From positions 1-32,786 of the IMG/VR virus record IMGVR_UViG_3300039076_000025: 32,786 bases of DNA; one strand, 5' to 3'. This DNA comes from a virus. Taxonomy: Duplodnaviria; Caudoviricetes. Under the pieces are notes generated by a model, which was given only the letters and a program-made list of their open reading frames with translations, was not told the origin of the DNA and did no database searches. The position numbers were made by a program, and so were the translations under genes. How positions within the stretch are numbered: the first letter of the stretch is position 1; every line of letters starts with the position of its first letter. Positions 9,953 through 17,137 of the stretch are shown here, one piece after another.

Positions 9953-10004
9953 CAAGTTATAGATTTACTTTTTATCTAAATTTGTCAAGTTATAGATTTA
10001 CTTT
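9953..10004. repeat. 19-bp direct repeat in a non-coding island
   Basis: caagttatagatttacttt at 9953-9971 and 9986-10004. Confidence 0.85.
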
Positions 10005-10111
10005 GTTAAATTATTTGTCGGATATATGCCTCACTATGTGACATTTTCTTATTTAATGTCGGATTTTCCCAACAATAACATTAAACATATTTTACATTTT
10101 ACTGCAAATTG

Positions 10112-10321
10112 TCAATTTTCTTTAACGTTATATTTTAGTCTTCCGTGACTTGTGTATAACCTTAAATCTATCGTATCGGTGTAAATATCCTCAGATTCGG
10201 AAATTCCGAATACCCACTTTGGCTTATTATTTTTTTGTATTGTCTGATTATTTTTCAGCGCATAATAATAAGCATAGCAAATTAATGCCAGCGCAGTTCC
10301 GTAAATTAGTTTTCTTTTCAT
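10112..10321 (-). CDS. Hypothetical protein with N-terminal membrane anchor
   Basis: MKRK followed by hydrophobic LIYGTALALICYAYYYAL. Confidence 0.55.
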   Translation of the reverse strand: MKRKLIYGTALALICYAYYYALKNNQTIQKNNKPKWVFGISESEDIYTDTIDLRLYTSHGRLKYNVKEN

Positions 10322-11067
10322 AATTCGTTTGGTTTAATAGTTCCATCATTATCGATATGACAATCAAATGTAACTAAAGAATTGATAAATTTAATATACC
10401 CTTGAGTTTTGCAGTGCATTTTTCGTTCTTTAACATCTTGAATATTAGAATATTTATTCCAAAGTTCAATTCGTTCTTCTTTTGATATGGTTGGAATCTT
10501 AAATTGTTCCATGTAATCGAATAAGATTGACAAACCTCCAGCAATAAACGTAAATTTCTTATCGTTCTTCTCGCAGAATCTTATCTGATTTGCATATTCA
10601 TTGGCAGTATCAATTGCTTGCTTCATTAATTCTTGGTCACTTGGTTTTTCTTTCACTGGCTCTATTGGTTTAGGTAAATATTTAATCTCTTCTTTTACAT
10701 AATCATTATAAGCATTCATAATCCTTCCAAAGTATTCACATGAGAAATTCTCATAACATTTAGAATCAATGTTTAATTTCTGAGCGACTGCCATTTCAAA
10801 GGCAAGTTTTATTTCTTCGCAAGTATTATTTCCAAAATTAAATTTTACAAAATTAGTTAAAACAAATTTTTCTTCTTCAGTCGGTAGATTGCTTCCTCGT
10901 AAGCCAACCAAAAGCATAGAGTAGCGTAATGCTTGCTTTATATCTTCTTCGTTCCTTACACGCAAAGTAATGGCGCTTTGTGCTTGTTTTATTGCTAAGG
11001 CATTACCACTTCCGTAATGCTTCCATTCTTGCGGCACTTGTTCCAAGTTTCTCAGTTGTATTTCCAT
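10318..11067 (-). CDS. Hypothetical replication-associated protein (possible helicase loader)
   Basis: Follows the initiator; EEIKLAFEMAV...YENFSCEYFGRIMNAY motif; start uncertain. Confidence 0.45.
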   Translation of the reverse strand: MEIQLRNLEQVPQEWKHYGSGNALAIKQAQSAITLRVRNEEDIKQALRYSMLLVGLRGSNLPTEEEKFVLTNFVKFNFGNNTCEEIKLAFEMAVAQKLNIDSKCYENFSCEYFGRIMNAYNDYVKEEIKYLPKPIEPVKEKPSDQELMKQAIDTANEYANQIRFCEKNDKKFTFIAGGLSILFDYMEQFKIPTISKEERIELWNKYSNIQDVKERKMHCKTQGYIKFINSLVTFDCHIDNDGTIKPNEL

Positions 11068-11659
11068 TGTTGTTAAATTTGGTTTTATTATTTATCCAAG
11101 TATTTATTCTTCTTTCAATATTAAAGAATTTTTCTAACTCCCATCTTTCCTTTCCTGATTTATTTTGTTCAGTCCAGTAAGAATAAAAATTATCGTATTC
11201 ATCTCCTAAAAGAAAAATGTGAGGAGTTATTATATCTATTAACTTTACTTTACTTTCATTTACTTTACTTTCTTTTACTTTATCAGCGTTACGAACAAGT
11301 TCTGAACGTGTTACATTTTCGCTAACTAATTGATTTTCACGCCATTCTAAAATTCGTTTTGCATTTTTTTCTTTTGAAACTTGATACTTTTTGCTAAAGT
11401 TTAGCAATTGTTTGTTAAAAGTTTCTCCATTATTTGAAGAAATCAAATCAATTTGCTCAATAAACTCCCAAACTTTGTCTAATTTTTTGCCAACATTTAA
11501 CTGATGTTTAAGAACTTTTGTCTTAATTGGCTTCTCTTGTAAAGCAAGTTTTTCTAAAATAGTATAGAATAATCCAAGACCTTCATACCCATACTCAAGA
11601 TACAATTCAGTTATCTTTTCGTCATTGAATGAATTAGAATCGTGTAGGTAATATTTCAT
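11003..11659 (-). CDS. Replication initiator-like protein (Lin1244/DUF4373-type N-terminus)
   Basis: YYLHDSNSFNDEKI..L...YGYEGLGLFYTILEKL; KVKESKVNESKVK linker; C-terminal FYSYW...W..ERRINTW domain. Confidence 0.75.
   Translation of the reverse strand: MKYYLHDSNSFNDEKITELYLEYGYEGLGLFYTILEKLALQEKPIKTKVLKHQLNVGKKLDKVWEFIEQIDLISSNNGETFNKQLLNFSKKYQVSKEKNAKRILEWRENQLVSENVTRSELVRNADKVKESKVNESKVKLIDIITPHIFLLGDEYDNFYSYWTEQNKSGKERWELEKFFNIERRINTWINNKTKFNNNGNTTEKLGTSAARMEALRKW
11242..11281. repeat. TTTAC-rich tandem tract inside the initiator gene, possible origin element
   Basis: actttactttactttcatttactttactttcttttacttt; lambdoid initiator genes often carry their own origin. Confidence 0.4.
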
Positions 11660-11669
11660 TTTATAAAAT

Positions 11670-11709
11670 AAAAAAAAGCCAGTCTGCGTCGGAGTGCAAA
11701 ACTGGCTTT
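11670..11709 (-). terminator. Intrinsic terminator/attenuator just upstream of the initiator start
   Basis: AAAGCCAGU-UUUGC-[ACUCCGAC]-GCAG-ACUGGCUUU followed by a U run. Confidence 0.8.
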
Positions 11710-11760
11710 GGTTATTTAACCTATTAAATTACCCAAGAACTCCGACCCTCTTGGTTAATT
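11670..11760 (-). ncRNA. Structured leader RNA with predicted kissing loops
   Basis: Hairpin 11727-11760 has loop GUCGGAGU, the reverse complement of terminator loop ACUCCGAC (11688-11695). Confidence 0.65.
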
Positions 11761-11766
11761 ATATCA

Positions 11767-11796
11767 CAATATATAAAATTTAATTTGACTTACAAA
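11767..11796 (-). promoter_or_regulatory. Possible Bacteroidota -33/-7 promoter
   Basis: TTTG-N19-TATATTG (imperfect TAnnTTTG); puts +1 at the start of the leader hairpin. Confidence 0.4.
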
Positions 11797-12046
11797 GTCT
11801 TTTAAGAAAATAACCAGCATAAATCGGATGGTCGTTTTCAAATAACCTGGCATAGTCAGAAGTATAATTATTATTGACCTTGTAGCCATCATTTCCTTCG
11901 ACCATTGTGTGCCATCGGATAACTTCAAAGATTTGTTTTGCTCCAAGCCTTACATATCCTCGATTGATTAGTTGGTATGCCAAGCGCTTAAACTCCCGAT
12001 AAATTTCGGGATTCTCTTCGTGATACTTTTTGAAACTTGTTTTCAT
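11780..12046 (-). CDS. Conserved phage hypothetical protein
   Basis: FKKYHEENPEIY..F...GAKQIFEVIRW...KVNNNYTSDYARLF pattern. Confidence 0.65.
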   Translation of the reverse strand: MKTSFKKYHEENPEIYREFKRLAYQLINRGYVRLGAKQIFEVIRWHTMVEGNDGYKVNNNYTSDYARLFENDHPIYAGYFLKRLCKSN

Positions 12047-12143
12047 TTGGGGTATATTTTGAGGTTTGATACAATTTTTTGTAATCCTTTTGCAATTGCT
12101 TGCTCAAATGGTCTTGCCATTGGTTGAATGTTAGTTCTTTCAT
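11988..12143 (-). CDS. Hypothetical protein
   Basis: Likely start MKELTFNQW at 12143 (ATGA overlap with the preceding small ORF). Confidence 0.5.
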   Translation of the reverse strand: MKELTFNQWQDHLSKQLQKDYKKLYQTSKYTPNENKFQKVSRRESRNLSGV

Positions 12144-12259
12144 CTTAATATATCTACGATTAAATAAAATATCCATACTGCTATTATTCCAGCGATGCCC
12201 ACCATTGTTAGAAATTCTGCCGTTTTAGTTGAATTATTCGACTTGCCCTGATTTTTCAT
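12140..12259 (-). CDS. 39-aa single-pass membrane protein (not in ORF track)
   Basis: MKNQGKSNNSTKTAEFLTMVGIAGIIAVWIFYLIVDILR*; overlaps both neighbours. Confidence 0.55.
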   Translation of the reverse strand: MKNQGKSNNSTKTAEFLTMVGIAGIIAVWIFYLIVDILR

Positions 12260-12464
12260 CGTACATTTGTTTAGCTATTGTTTCAACTTCTTTCATTACT
12301 TCAGGATACCTTACATATCCTTGTTCTCTATTCCTGGTATTCCAGTAGACCACTTGCTGAACGTTTAAAACGTTCCATTCTCTTGCGGAGAAAGGCAAAA
12401 TACCTTTCTTGTTTAAGCTATCGGCAACTGCCTGATGTATATTACTCTTTTTTATCTTAATCAT
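12234..12464 (-). CDS. Hypothetical protein, possibly DNA-binding
   Basis: VADSLNKKGI.PFSAREW resembles recombinase-type DNA-binding helices. Confidence 0.5.
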   Translation of the reverse strand: MIKIKKSNIHQAVADSLNKKGILPFSAREWNVLNVQQVVYWNTRNREQGYVRYPEVMKEVETIAKQMYDEKSGQVE

Positions 12465-12961
12465 TATAGTATTGTTTTTTTAATTGATGTTGTACTTGAT
12501 TTAGCTGGAGGAAAAAACTCAAAGGATTCGCCCGTTATCTCATCCACCGTGATTGTTTTATTCTTGATTGACTTACAAAACTTCTCGACTTCCTTTTGCT
12601 TCTCTTTTAACTCATCGATTTGGTCTTGTAAATCTACCCATTGCTTAGTTGCACTAAAGTCGTATTTAGTTCCAACCTCAGCCACTTGCATCTCAACGTT
12701 GTGAACTTCAAATCGACCTTTGTCGTATTTTAGTAATTCATCGACTGCGCTTTCCTTTAAAGTCTTCTCCAGTTCTGAGAATAGCAACTGATACTTCGAT
12801 GCGATTGCAAGCAAAGACTTTATGTCCTTGCCACCTTCTTTGACTCCCTCGTTAATCAAATGAACCAAGTGATTAATCTGAGCCTTGCTCATGTCTTGAA
12901 TCGGATTATGCCCAAATAAACCTATCTCAAATTGTTGGGGATTAAATTGTATCTCTTCCAT
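12464..12961 (-). CDS. Hypothetical protein in the recombination module
   Basis: 165 aa, with a coiled coil and YDFS and VDEITGE motifs. Confidence 0.65.
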   Translation of the reverse strand: MEEIQFNPQQFEIGLFGHNPIQDMSKAQINHLVHLINEGVKEGGKDIKSLLAIASKYQLLFSELEKTLKESAVDELLKYDKGRFEVHNVEMQVAEVGTKYDFSATKQWVDLQDQIDELKEKQKEVEKFCKSIKNKTITVDEITGESFEFFPPAKSSTTSIKKTIL

Positions 12962-12963
12962 AA

Positions 12964-13260
12964 TTAAAAAGGTAAATCGTTCTCGACTAATGTAGCACTT
13001 GGAATATCAAAAACGGGCGCTGGCTTTGAAGATTGAGCGCTGAAGCCTTCCGTTCCTTTAATCTTAAAGTTGCCCAAGATTGGAGCATTACTTTCGGGAG
13101 TCTTAACTCCATCTTGCGTTACGAAACCAAAGTTTCCGTAGTTGTCAGCATCCTCTTTTAAGAATCCGCTGATATTTAGGTAAGTACCTTTCTTACCTTT
13201 GTACAATTTAGACTTGTCTAACAAATCTACGTTAATTGAAATGCTTACTAACTTGCTCAT
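12964..13260 (-). CDS. Putative single-stranded DNA-binding protein
   Basis: Short beta-rich protein ending in acidic ENDLPF; follows ERF. Confidence 0.6.
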   Translation of the reverse strand: MSKLVSISINVDLLDKSKLYKGKKGTYLNISGFLKEDADNYGNFGFVTQDGVKTPESNAPILGNFKIKGTEGFSAQSSKPAPVFDIPSATLVENDLPF

Positions 13261-13817
13261 GCGATTGGTTGTTTAATTGTGAAACTTAATTTTTTAGTTG
13301 AAAATAAACTGATAATATCTTTATTGCCATTGATTGATTGTTGGGAGTTAGCATAATAGCTATTTAACTCATCGACTGATTTACATTTGTCAATCTCTTG
13401 TTTCCATATTTGTAAACTTTTAGCCTCCTCTTTTCCGTGAGTATTTGTAGCATCTGAGTCTTTCGTATCATCCAATGCAAATAATCCGTTAAGTGCGTAC
13501 TTCCTGGCATAAGAACTACTCGCTCCAGTTACCTGGCTTCCATCCATTCCTTTCTTGCTTTCTTCTTCTCTTGCATATCCATCCGTTGTATACGTTTCCT
13601 TGCCGTTTGAGAGCGTTGCGGTTGCCTTGATGTAATATCTATCTCCCACGTTAATTATCGTGTCGGAAATCGTAATAGAATAACCCATTGGATTAACTAC
13701 TTGCTTGACCGCTTCGAGTATATCTTCGGCACTTCGGTAGTTGTATTTCCCAAATGAATTGAATTGACCTTTAGGTGCTTTGACCTTTGCTTGAATTTCT
13801 GCTAATTTGTTTTCCAT
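13257..13817 (-). CDS. erf: ERF-family single-strand annealing recombinase
   Basis: KAPKGQFNSFGKYNYRSAEDIL...SQVTGASSSYARKYALNGLFALDD.KD.D. Confidence 0.92.
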   Translation of the reverse strand: MENKLAEIQAKVKAPKGQFNSFGKYNYRSAEDILEAVKQVVNPMGYSITISDTIINVGDRYYIKATATLSNGKETYTTDGYAREEESKKGMDGSQVTGASSSYARKYALNGLFALDDTKDSDATNTHGKEEAKSLQIWKQEIDKCKSVDELNSYYANSQQSINGNKDIISLFSTKKLSFTIKQPIA

Positions 13818-13818
13818 T

Positions 13819-13965
13819 TTAGTCTAAGATTAATTTTTGAAATTTAGATTTGTAAACTCGTTCTTCTCTGCAAACTGCTGCCCAAAAATCTTCGAGTTCA
13901 TCGAAAAACCAGGTGCAAGAATAGAACCCAGCTTCATCTTTAAATTTTGCTTTATACTTTTTCAT
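13819..13965 (-). CDS. 48-aa early hypothetical protein (not in ORF track)
   Basis: MKKYKAKFKDEAGFYSCTWFFDELEDFWAAVCREERVYKSKFQKLILD*; ATGA overlap. Confidence 0.6.
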   Translation of the reverse strand: MKKYKAKFKDEAGFYSCTWFFDELEDFWAAVCREERVYKSKFQKLILD

Positions 13966-14093
13966 AGTCCTAAAATTATTGGGAAAATGTGCCATAATAA
14001 AACATATGCAAAAATTGCAATAAAAATACTTGCTATAATACCTTCAAGGTCTTGATGGTAAAAGTCTTTGATGTACTCGATAATTTTTTTCAT
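13962..14093 (-). CDS. 43-aa early membrane protein (not in ORF track)
   Basis: MKKIIEYIKDFYHQDLEGIIASIFIAIFAYVLLWHIFPIILGL*; A-rich leader. Confidence 0.6.
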   Translation of the reverse strand: MKKIIEYIKDFYHQDLEGIIASIFIAIFAYVLLWHIFPIILGL

Positions 14094-14113
14094 TTTATTG
14101 TTGGTTTAAGATT

Positions 14114-14140
14114 GCCGAAGAATCCGCTTCGGCTCGGATT
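14114..14140 (-). other. Overlapping hairpins/pseudoknot-like element
   Basis: AAUCCG A GCCGAAG CGGAUU CUUCGGC. Confidence 0.5.
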
Positions 14141-14363
14141 ATTTTAATAAATAAAGTCTTCTATTATTTTCAATTATTAAATTTGAATTATCTCCACAAA
14201 TATGAAAATAAATAATAAATCCATTAAATGGTTGTTCGCTACATTGAGTCAAATATCCATTATCTAAATAAGCCGTCCATCTTAAAGCATTTTTATAAAT
14301 ACTTTTATGATTTAAAAAATTTGCAATATTTATTATTTCTTGAATTTTAGATATTTTTTTCAT
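14139..14363 (-). CDS. First early gene, hypothetical
   Basis: 74 aa, very AT-rich, directly after the TATATTTG promoter. Confidence 0.55.
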   Translation of the reverse strand: MKKISKIQEIINIANFLNHKSIYKNALRWTAYLDNGYLTQCSEQPFNGFIIYFHICGDNSNLIIENNRRLYLLK

Positions 14364-14385
14364 TGTTTTATTGTTTAAGTGTTTA

Positions 14386-14393
14386 CAAATATA
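14386..14393 (-). promoter_or_regulatory. Bacteroidota-type -7 promoter element (early promoter)
   Basis: TATATTTG matches TAnnTTTG; AT-rich upstream region; 22 nt before the ATG. Confidence 0.7.
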
Positions 14394-14469
14394 AATATAA
14401 TTATTAAATAAAAAAACTTTTTATAAAATTATTTTAATAATATCCCAATTATTTATTTAACGGTCGTAT

Positions 14470-14506
14470 AAAACAAAAATCCCCACCGATATGACCGATA
14501 GGGATT
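14470..14506 (-). terminator. Intrinsic terminator ending the late region
   Basis: AAUCCCUAUCGGU-CAU-AUCGGUGGGGAUU followed by UUUGUUUU. Confidence 0.8.
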
Positions 14507-14543
14507 CTATTACTTAAACCTATTTAACTATGAAAACACAAAC

Positions 14544-15536
14544 CTACAAAATTTTTCCCTCTTTAATTTGAATATTTTTAACTTTTGATTTTCCGTTCTC
14601 AATTTCTACAATTGCAAAGCCGTGATTGTGCATAGAGAATGGCATATACTTTGGACTTAATAAAGTTAAACACCCAGTACTATAAGTATTTATAAACTCC
14701 TTAAATCCAGTCTTCTTCTGAGTTGCTGAAGTTCTATGAACGTGACCGATTAACGTATTGCAAATAGTCTTATTAAATAAGTTTTGACTTGGATTTACTC
14801 CGCCTCCACCATATAATTCATGGCCGTGTAATACAAGCAAGTCTGCCATTTCCATCCCTTGCCAATCTTCAATCATTGTGATGCCTAATTTATCTAATCT
14901 AAAAAATACATCGAATTGAAGGTCGTGTATTTGAGCAAACTCCTCAGCTTGTAATTGTAATGACCTGGCAAATCGATTCTCGTGGTTGCCAAGTTTATAA
15001 TAAATTGGAATCGTTCTAAATAAATCCCTTAACCTCTGCAAGAAATCCCTATTCATATCTACTTCACGCTTAAAATCTCGCATATCCTTTTCCTTTTCAT
15101 GCCGAGAAATAGAATAGAAATCTTGGATGTCTCCATTAAGATACAAGCAGTCAATCTCTTGCTCCTTTAAATGCTTAATAGCGCAAGTCAAAGCCTGAAG
15201 GTCGTGATAAGGGAAATGTATATCTGATAAGATTCCAATCTTTTTTAAATGCGGAGGCAGTTTAGCAGATACATATTCCTTGCCAATGCTTTCTTCGATG
15301 CCAAAGTTGTCCAAAGTTTCAAGATTATAGTTTGCGACTACTGGCGGAATGATTTTATTTATTTCTTGAGCCGACCTATCCTTTGAAGTTATATTCTTTT
15401 TAATCATAAACTTTCTCAGGGAGTCAGCATTTTGATAGCCATACATTTCAAAAAATTGTTTATGGAAATCGGTTTTACTCAGATTTGTAGCATAGAAATG
15501 CTCTCTAATCTTGATAATCTTATCTTCCATTTTCAT
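14544..15536 (-). CDS. Calcineurin-like metallophosphoesterase with N-terminal extension
   Basis: SDIH, NGDIQD, GNHE, HGH and GHVH motifs. Confidence 0.9.
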   Translation of the reverse strand: MKMEDKIIKIREHFYATNLSKTDFHKQFFEMYGYQNADSLRKFMIKKNITSKDRSAQEINKIIPPVVANYNLETLDNFGIEESIGKEYVSAKLPPHLKKIGILSDIHFPYHDLQALTCAIKHLKEQEIDCLYLNGDIQDFYSISRHEKEKDMRDFKREVDMNRDFLQRLRDLFRTIPIYYKLGNHENRFARSLQLQAEEFAQIHDLQFDVFFRLDKLGITMIEDWQGMEMADLLVLHGHELYGGGGVNPSQNLFNKTICNTLIGHVHRTSATQKKTGFKEFINTYSTGCLTLLSPKYMPFSMHNHGFAIVEIENGKSKVKNIQIKEGKIL

Positions 15537-15711
15537 ATTCTTCCATTAAAACATCGACTAAAAATTCGATATTGTTTAGCACTTTCATTCTTAAAACGTA
15601 TGCAGCATCATCAACGTGTTCGATGTTCTCCATTACATCCATCATGGTATCAAGTAAATCCTTTGCCCTTGATTTTGGCTTGTCCATCGGTTCGATGTCA
15701 ATTTTATACAT
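15520..15711 (-). CDS. Acidic hypothetical protein
   Basis: 63 aa, overlaps both neighbours. Confidence 0.55.
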   Translation of the reverse strand: MYKIDIEPMDKPKSRAKDLLDTMMDVMENIEHVDDAAYVLRMKVLNNIEFLVDVLMEEYENGR

Positions 15712-16153
15712 GAAATATTCTTAGATATAAGTAACCAAAGATTATAAGTCCTTGAAATAGGATGGTTAATAAGCACCATGTAGGTATGATATTTGTAATT
15801 TTTTGTTTATCTGATACCACCTTCTCGGAAAAATTCCGATTTATGTACATATTTTTATACACGTTTTCGATTGAATCGATATTAACGGTTGCTTGAATAT
15901 TGCCCTTGTAAGACCTGATAATTATCTTGCCTTGTGGAACGGTTATCTTAGAGTAAAAAGTGTTTAAGATGCCCGTAGAATCGCAAGGATTCTCAATGAT
16001 TAGCGTATCATATACCGCATTGAATCGAGTAATTACTTTGTAATCACGAATCGTATCAATACGAATCTTTTCTTTTTCAATTATAATCGACTTTTGTGGC
16101 CGACACGAAATAAAAAAGTTTGCAATTAGCAAACTGAGAATTAATTTTTTCAT
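15704..16153 (-). CDS. Putative spanin (lipoprotein with C-terminal TM helix)
   Basis: Signal peptide with lipobox FISC; C-terminal hydrophobic helix; follows the endolysin. Confidence 0.65.
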   Translation of the reverse strand: MKKLILSLLIANFFISCRPQKSIIIEKEKIRIDTIRDYKVITRFNAVYDTLIIENPCDSTGILNTFYSKITVPQGKIIIRSYKGNIQATVNIDSIENVYKNMYINRNFSEKVVSDKQKITNIIPTWCLLTILFQGLIIFGYLYLRIFHV

Positions 16154-16605
16154 GAAAAGTAAAGTTCTGATTCAGCGTTTCTTCGAAGTGTCAATCCATT
16201 TAAGACTTTGCCTCCACTCTTATTCCATTTTAAAAATTCTAATTTAATTAACTCATCATTTGGGTCGGCATTTACTTTTTTAAGTAAGGTGCTTTTCTTT
16301 AAAGACCCAGCGCCCAAGTTATAGCAAAATGATACAAGGGCATCGAATTGGTTCTGATTAATATCGTCACGGCAAAATGAGTCAACGCTCCTCTCATAAT
16401 GTTTAATTACATTTAAAAAAATATCGGTTGCTCTTGCTTCACTAATAGGTGCATCGGTCATTCTAACCTTTGTGCCATCTTCGTAATAAGTGCAACCGAT
16501 TGATATTGTTGGAATACCAGCTGGACATAAGTAAGGCTTGAGTTTAACTCCCTCAAACTTCTTTATTAGGCTTAGTCCTTTTTGGCTTATTTGGTTGATT
16601 TTCAT
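16150..16605 (-). CDS. Endolysin, GH24 phage lysozyme
   Basis: IKKFEG..LKPYLCPAGIPTI.IG, NQFDALVSFCYNLG, GLTLRRNAE. Confidence 0.95.
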   Translation of the reverse strand: MKINQISQKGLSLIKKFEGVKLKPYLCPAGIPTISIGCTYYEDGTKVRMTDAPISEARATDIFLNVIKHYERSVDSFCRDDINQNQFDALVSFCYNLGAGSLKKSTLLKKVNADPNDELIKLEFLKWNKSGGKVLNGLTLRRNAESELYFS

Positions 16606-16867
16606 CTAATTTTGCTCTTAATTCAATGTTTTCACTTCTTAAATTATGAATCTCAGTAGTTAAAGTTTCAACTTTTTCTTTCAAATCAGCAACCTCTGCC
16701 TTTAAATCAGTTGCCATCTCTCTCCAAATTTTAATTGCTTCTTGAACGTTTGTAATTTCAGAAGATTCAACTTCTATTTTTTCTTTTTTGCGACCAAATA
16801 GCCATGTAATTAATGAACCAAATAAACCCGTTGCGCCTGGTATTATTACCTCTTCCCAATCATTCAT
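16553..16867 (-). CDS. Holin-like protein (N-terminal hydrophobic segment plus coiled coil)
   Basis: IIPGATGLFGSLITWLFG then a heptad repeat; directly precedes the endolysin. Confidence 0.5.
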   Translation of the reverse strand: MNDWEEVIIPGATGLFGSLITWLFGRKKEKIEVESSEITNVQEAIKIWREMATDLKAEVADLKEKVETLTTEIHNLRSENIELRAKLDENQPNKPKRTKPNKEV

Positions 16868-16869
16868 TA

Positions 16870-17136
16870 TTATTCTGAAATTGGAGTTATAACTTTCTTT
16901 TCAAGACCTAATGTTTCCAATGCCCAATCCACAATAAAAGAATCATCGACTCCCCATTGCGAAACGATTGGCTCAGGGATAATCAGATTGCCTTCTTCAA
17001 TCATCGGATTAAATTGGCTCATTAATTTAAAATACAAAGTTTGCTCAGGATTCTGAAGAGCGTAATTAACGACCTTGATTTCCACTCGGTCTGCTATTTC
17101 TCTTAATCCTTTAATTGGCTCAATGAATACTATCAT
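16870..17136 (-). CDS. Hypothetical protein, tail-fibre associated
   Basis: WGVDDSFIVDWALETLGL motif; position after the fibre genes. Confidence 0.55.
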   Translation of the reverse strand: MIVFIEPIKGLREIADRVEIKVVNYALQNPEQTLYFKLMSQFNPMIEEGNLIIPEPIVSQWGVDDSFIVDWALETLGLEKKVITPISE

Positions 17137-17137
17137 A

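Noticed and set aside
9953-10004. 19-bp repeats as a mini-CRISPR array
   Set aside because: Only two copies with a 14-nt spacer; no cas genes
11764-11946. 60-aa minus-strand ORF
   Set aside because: Overlaps the better-supported 11780-12046 gene in another frame
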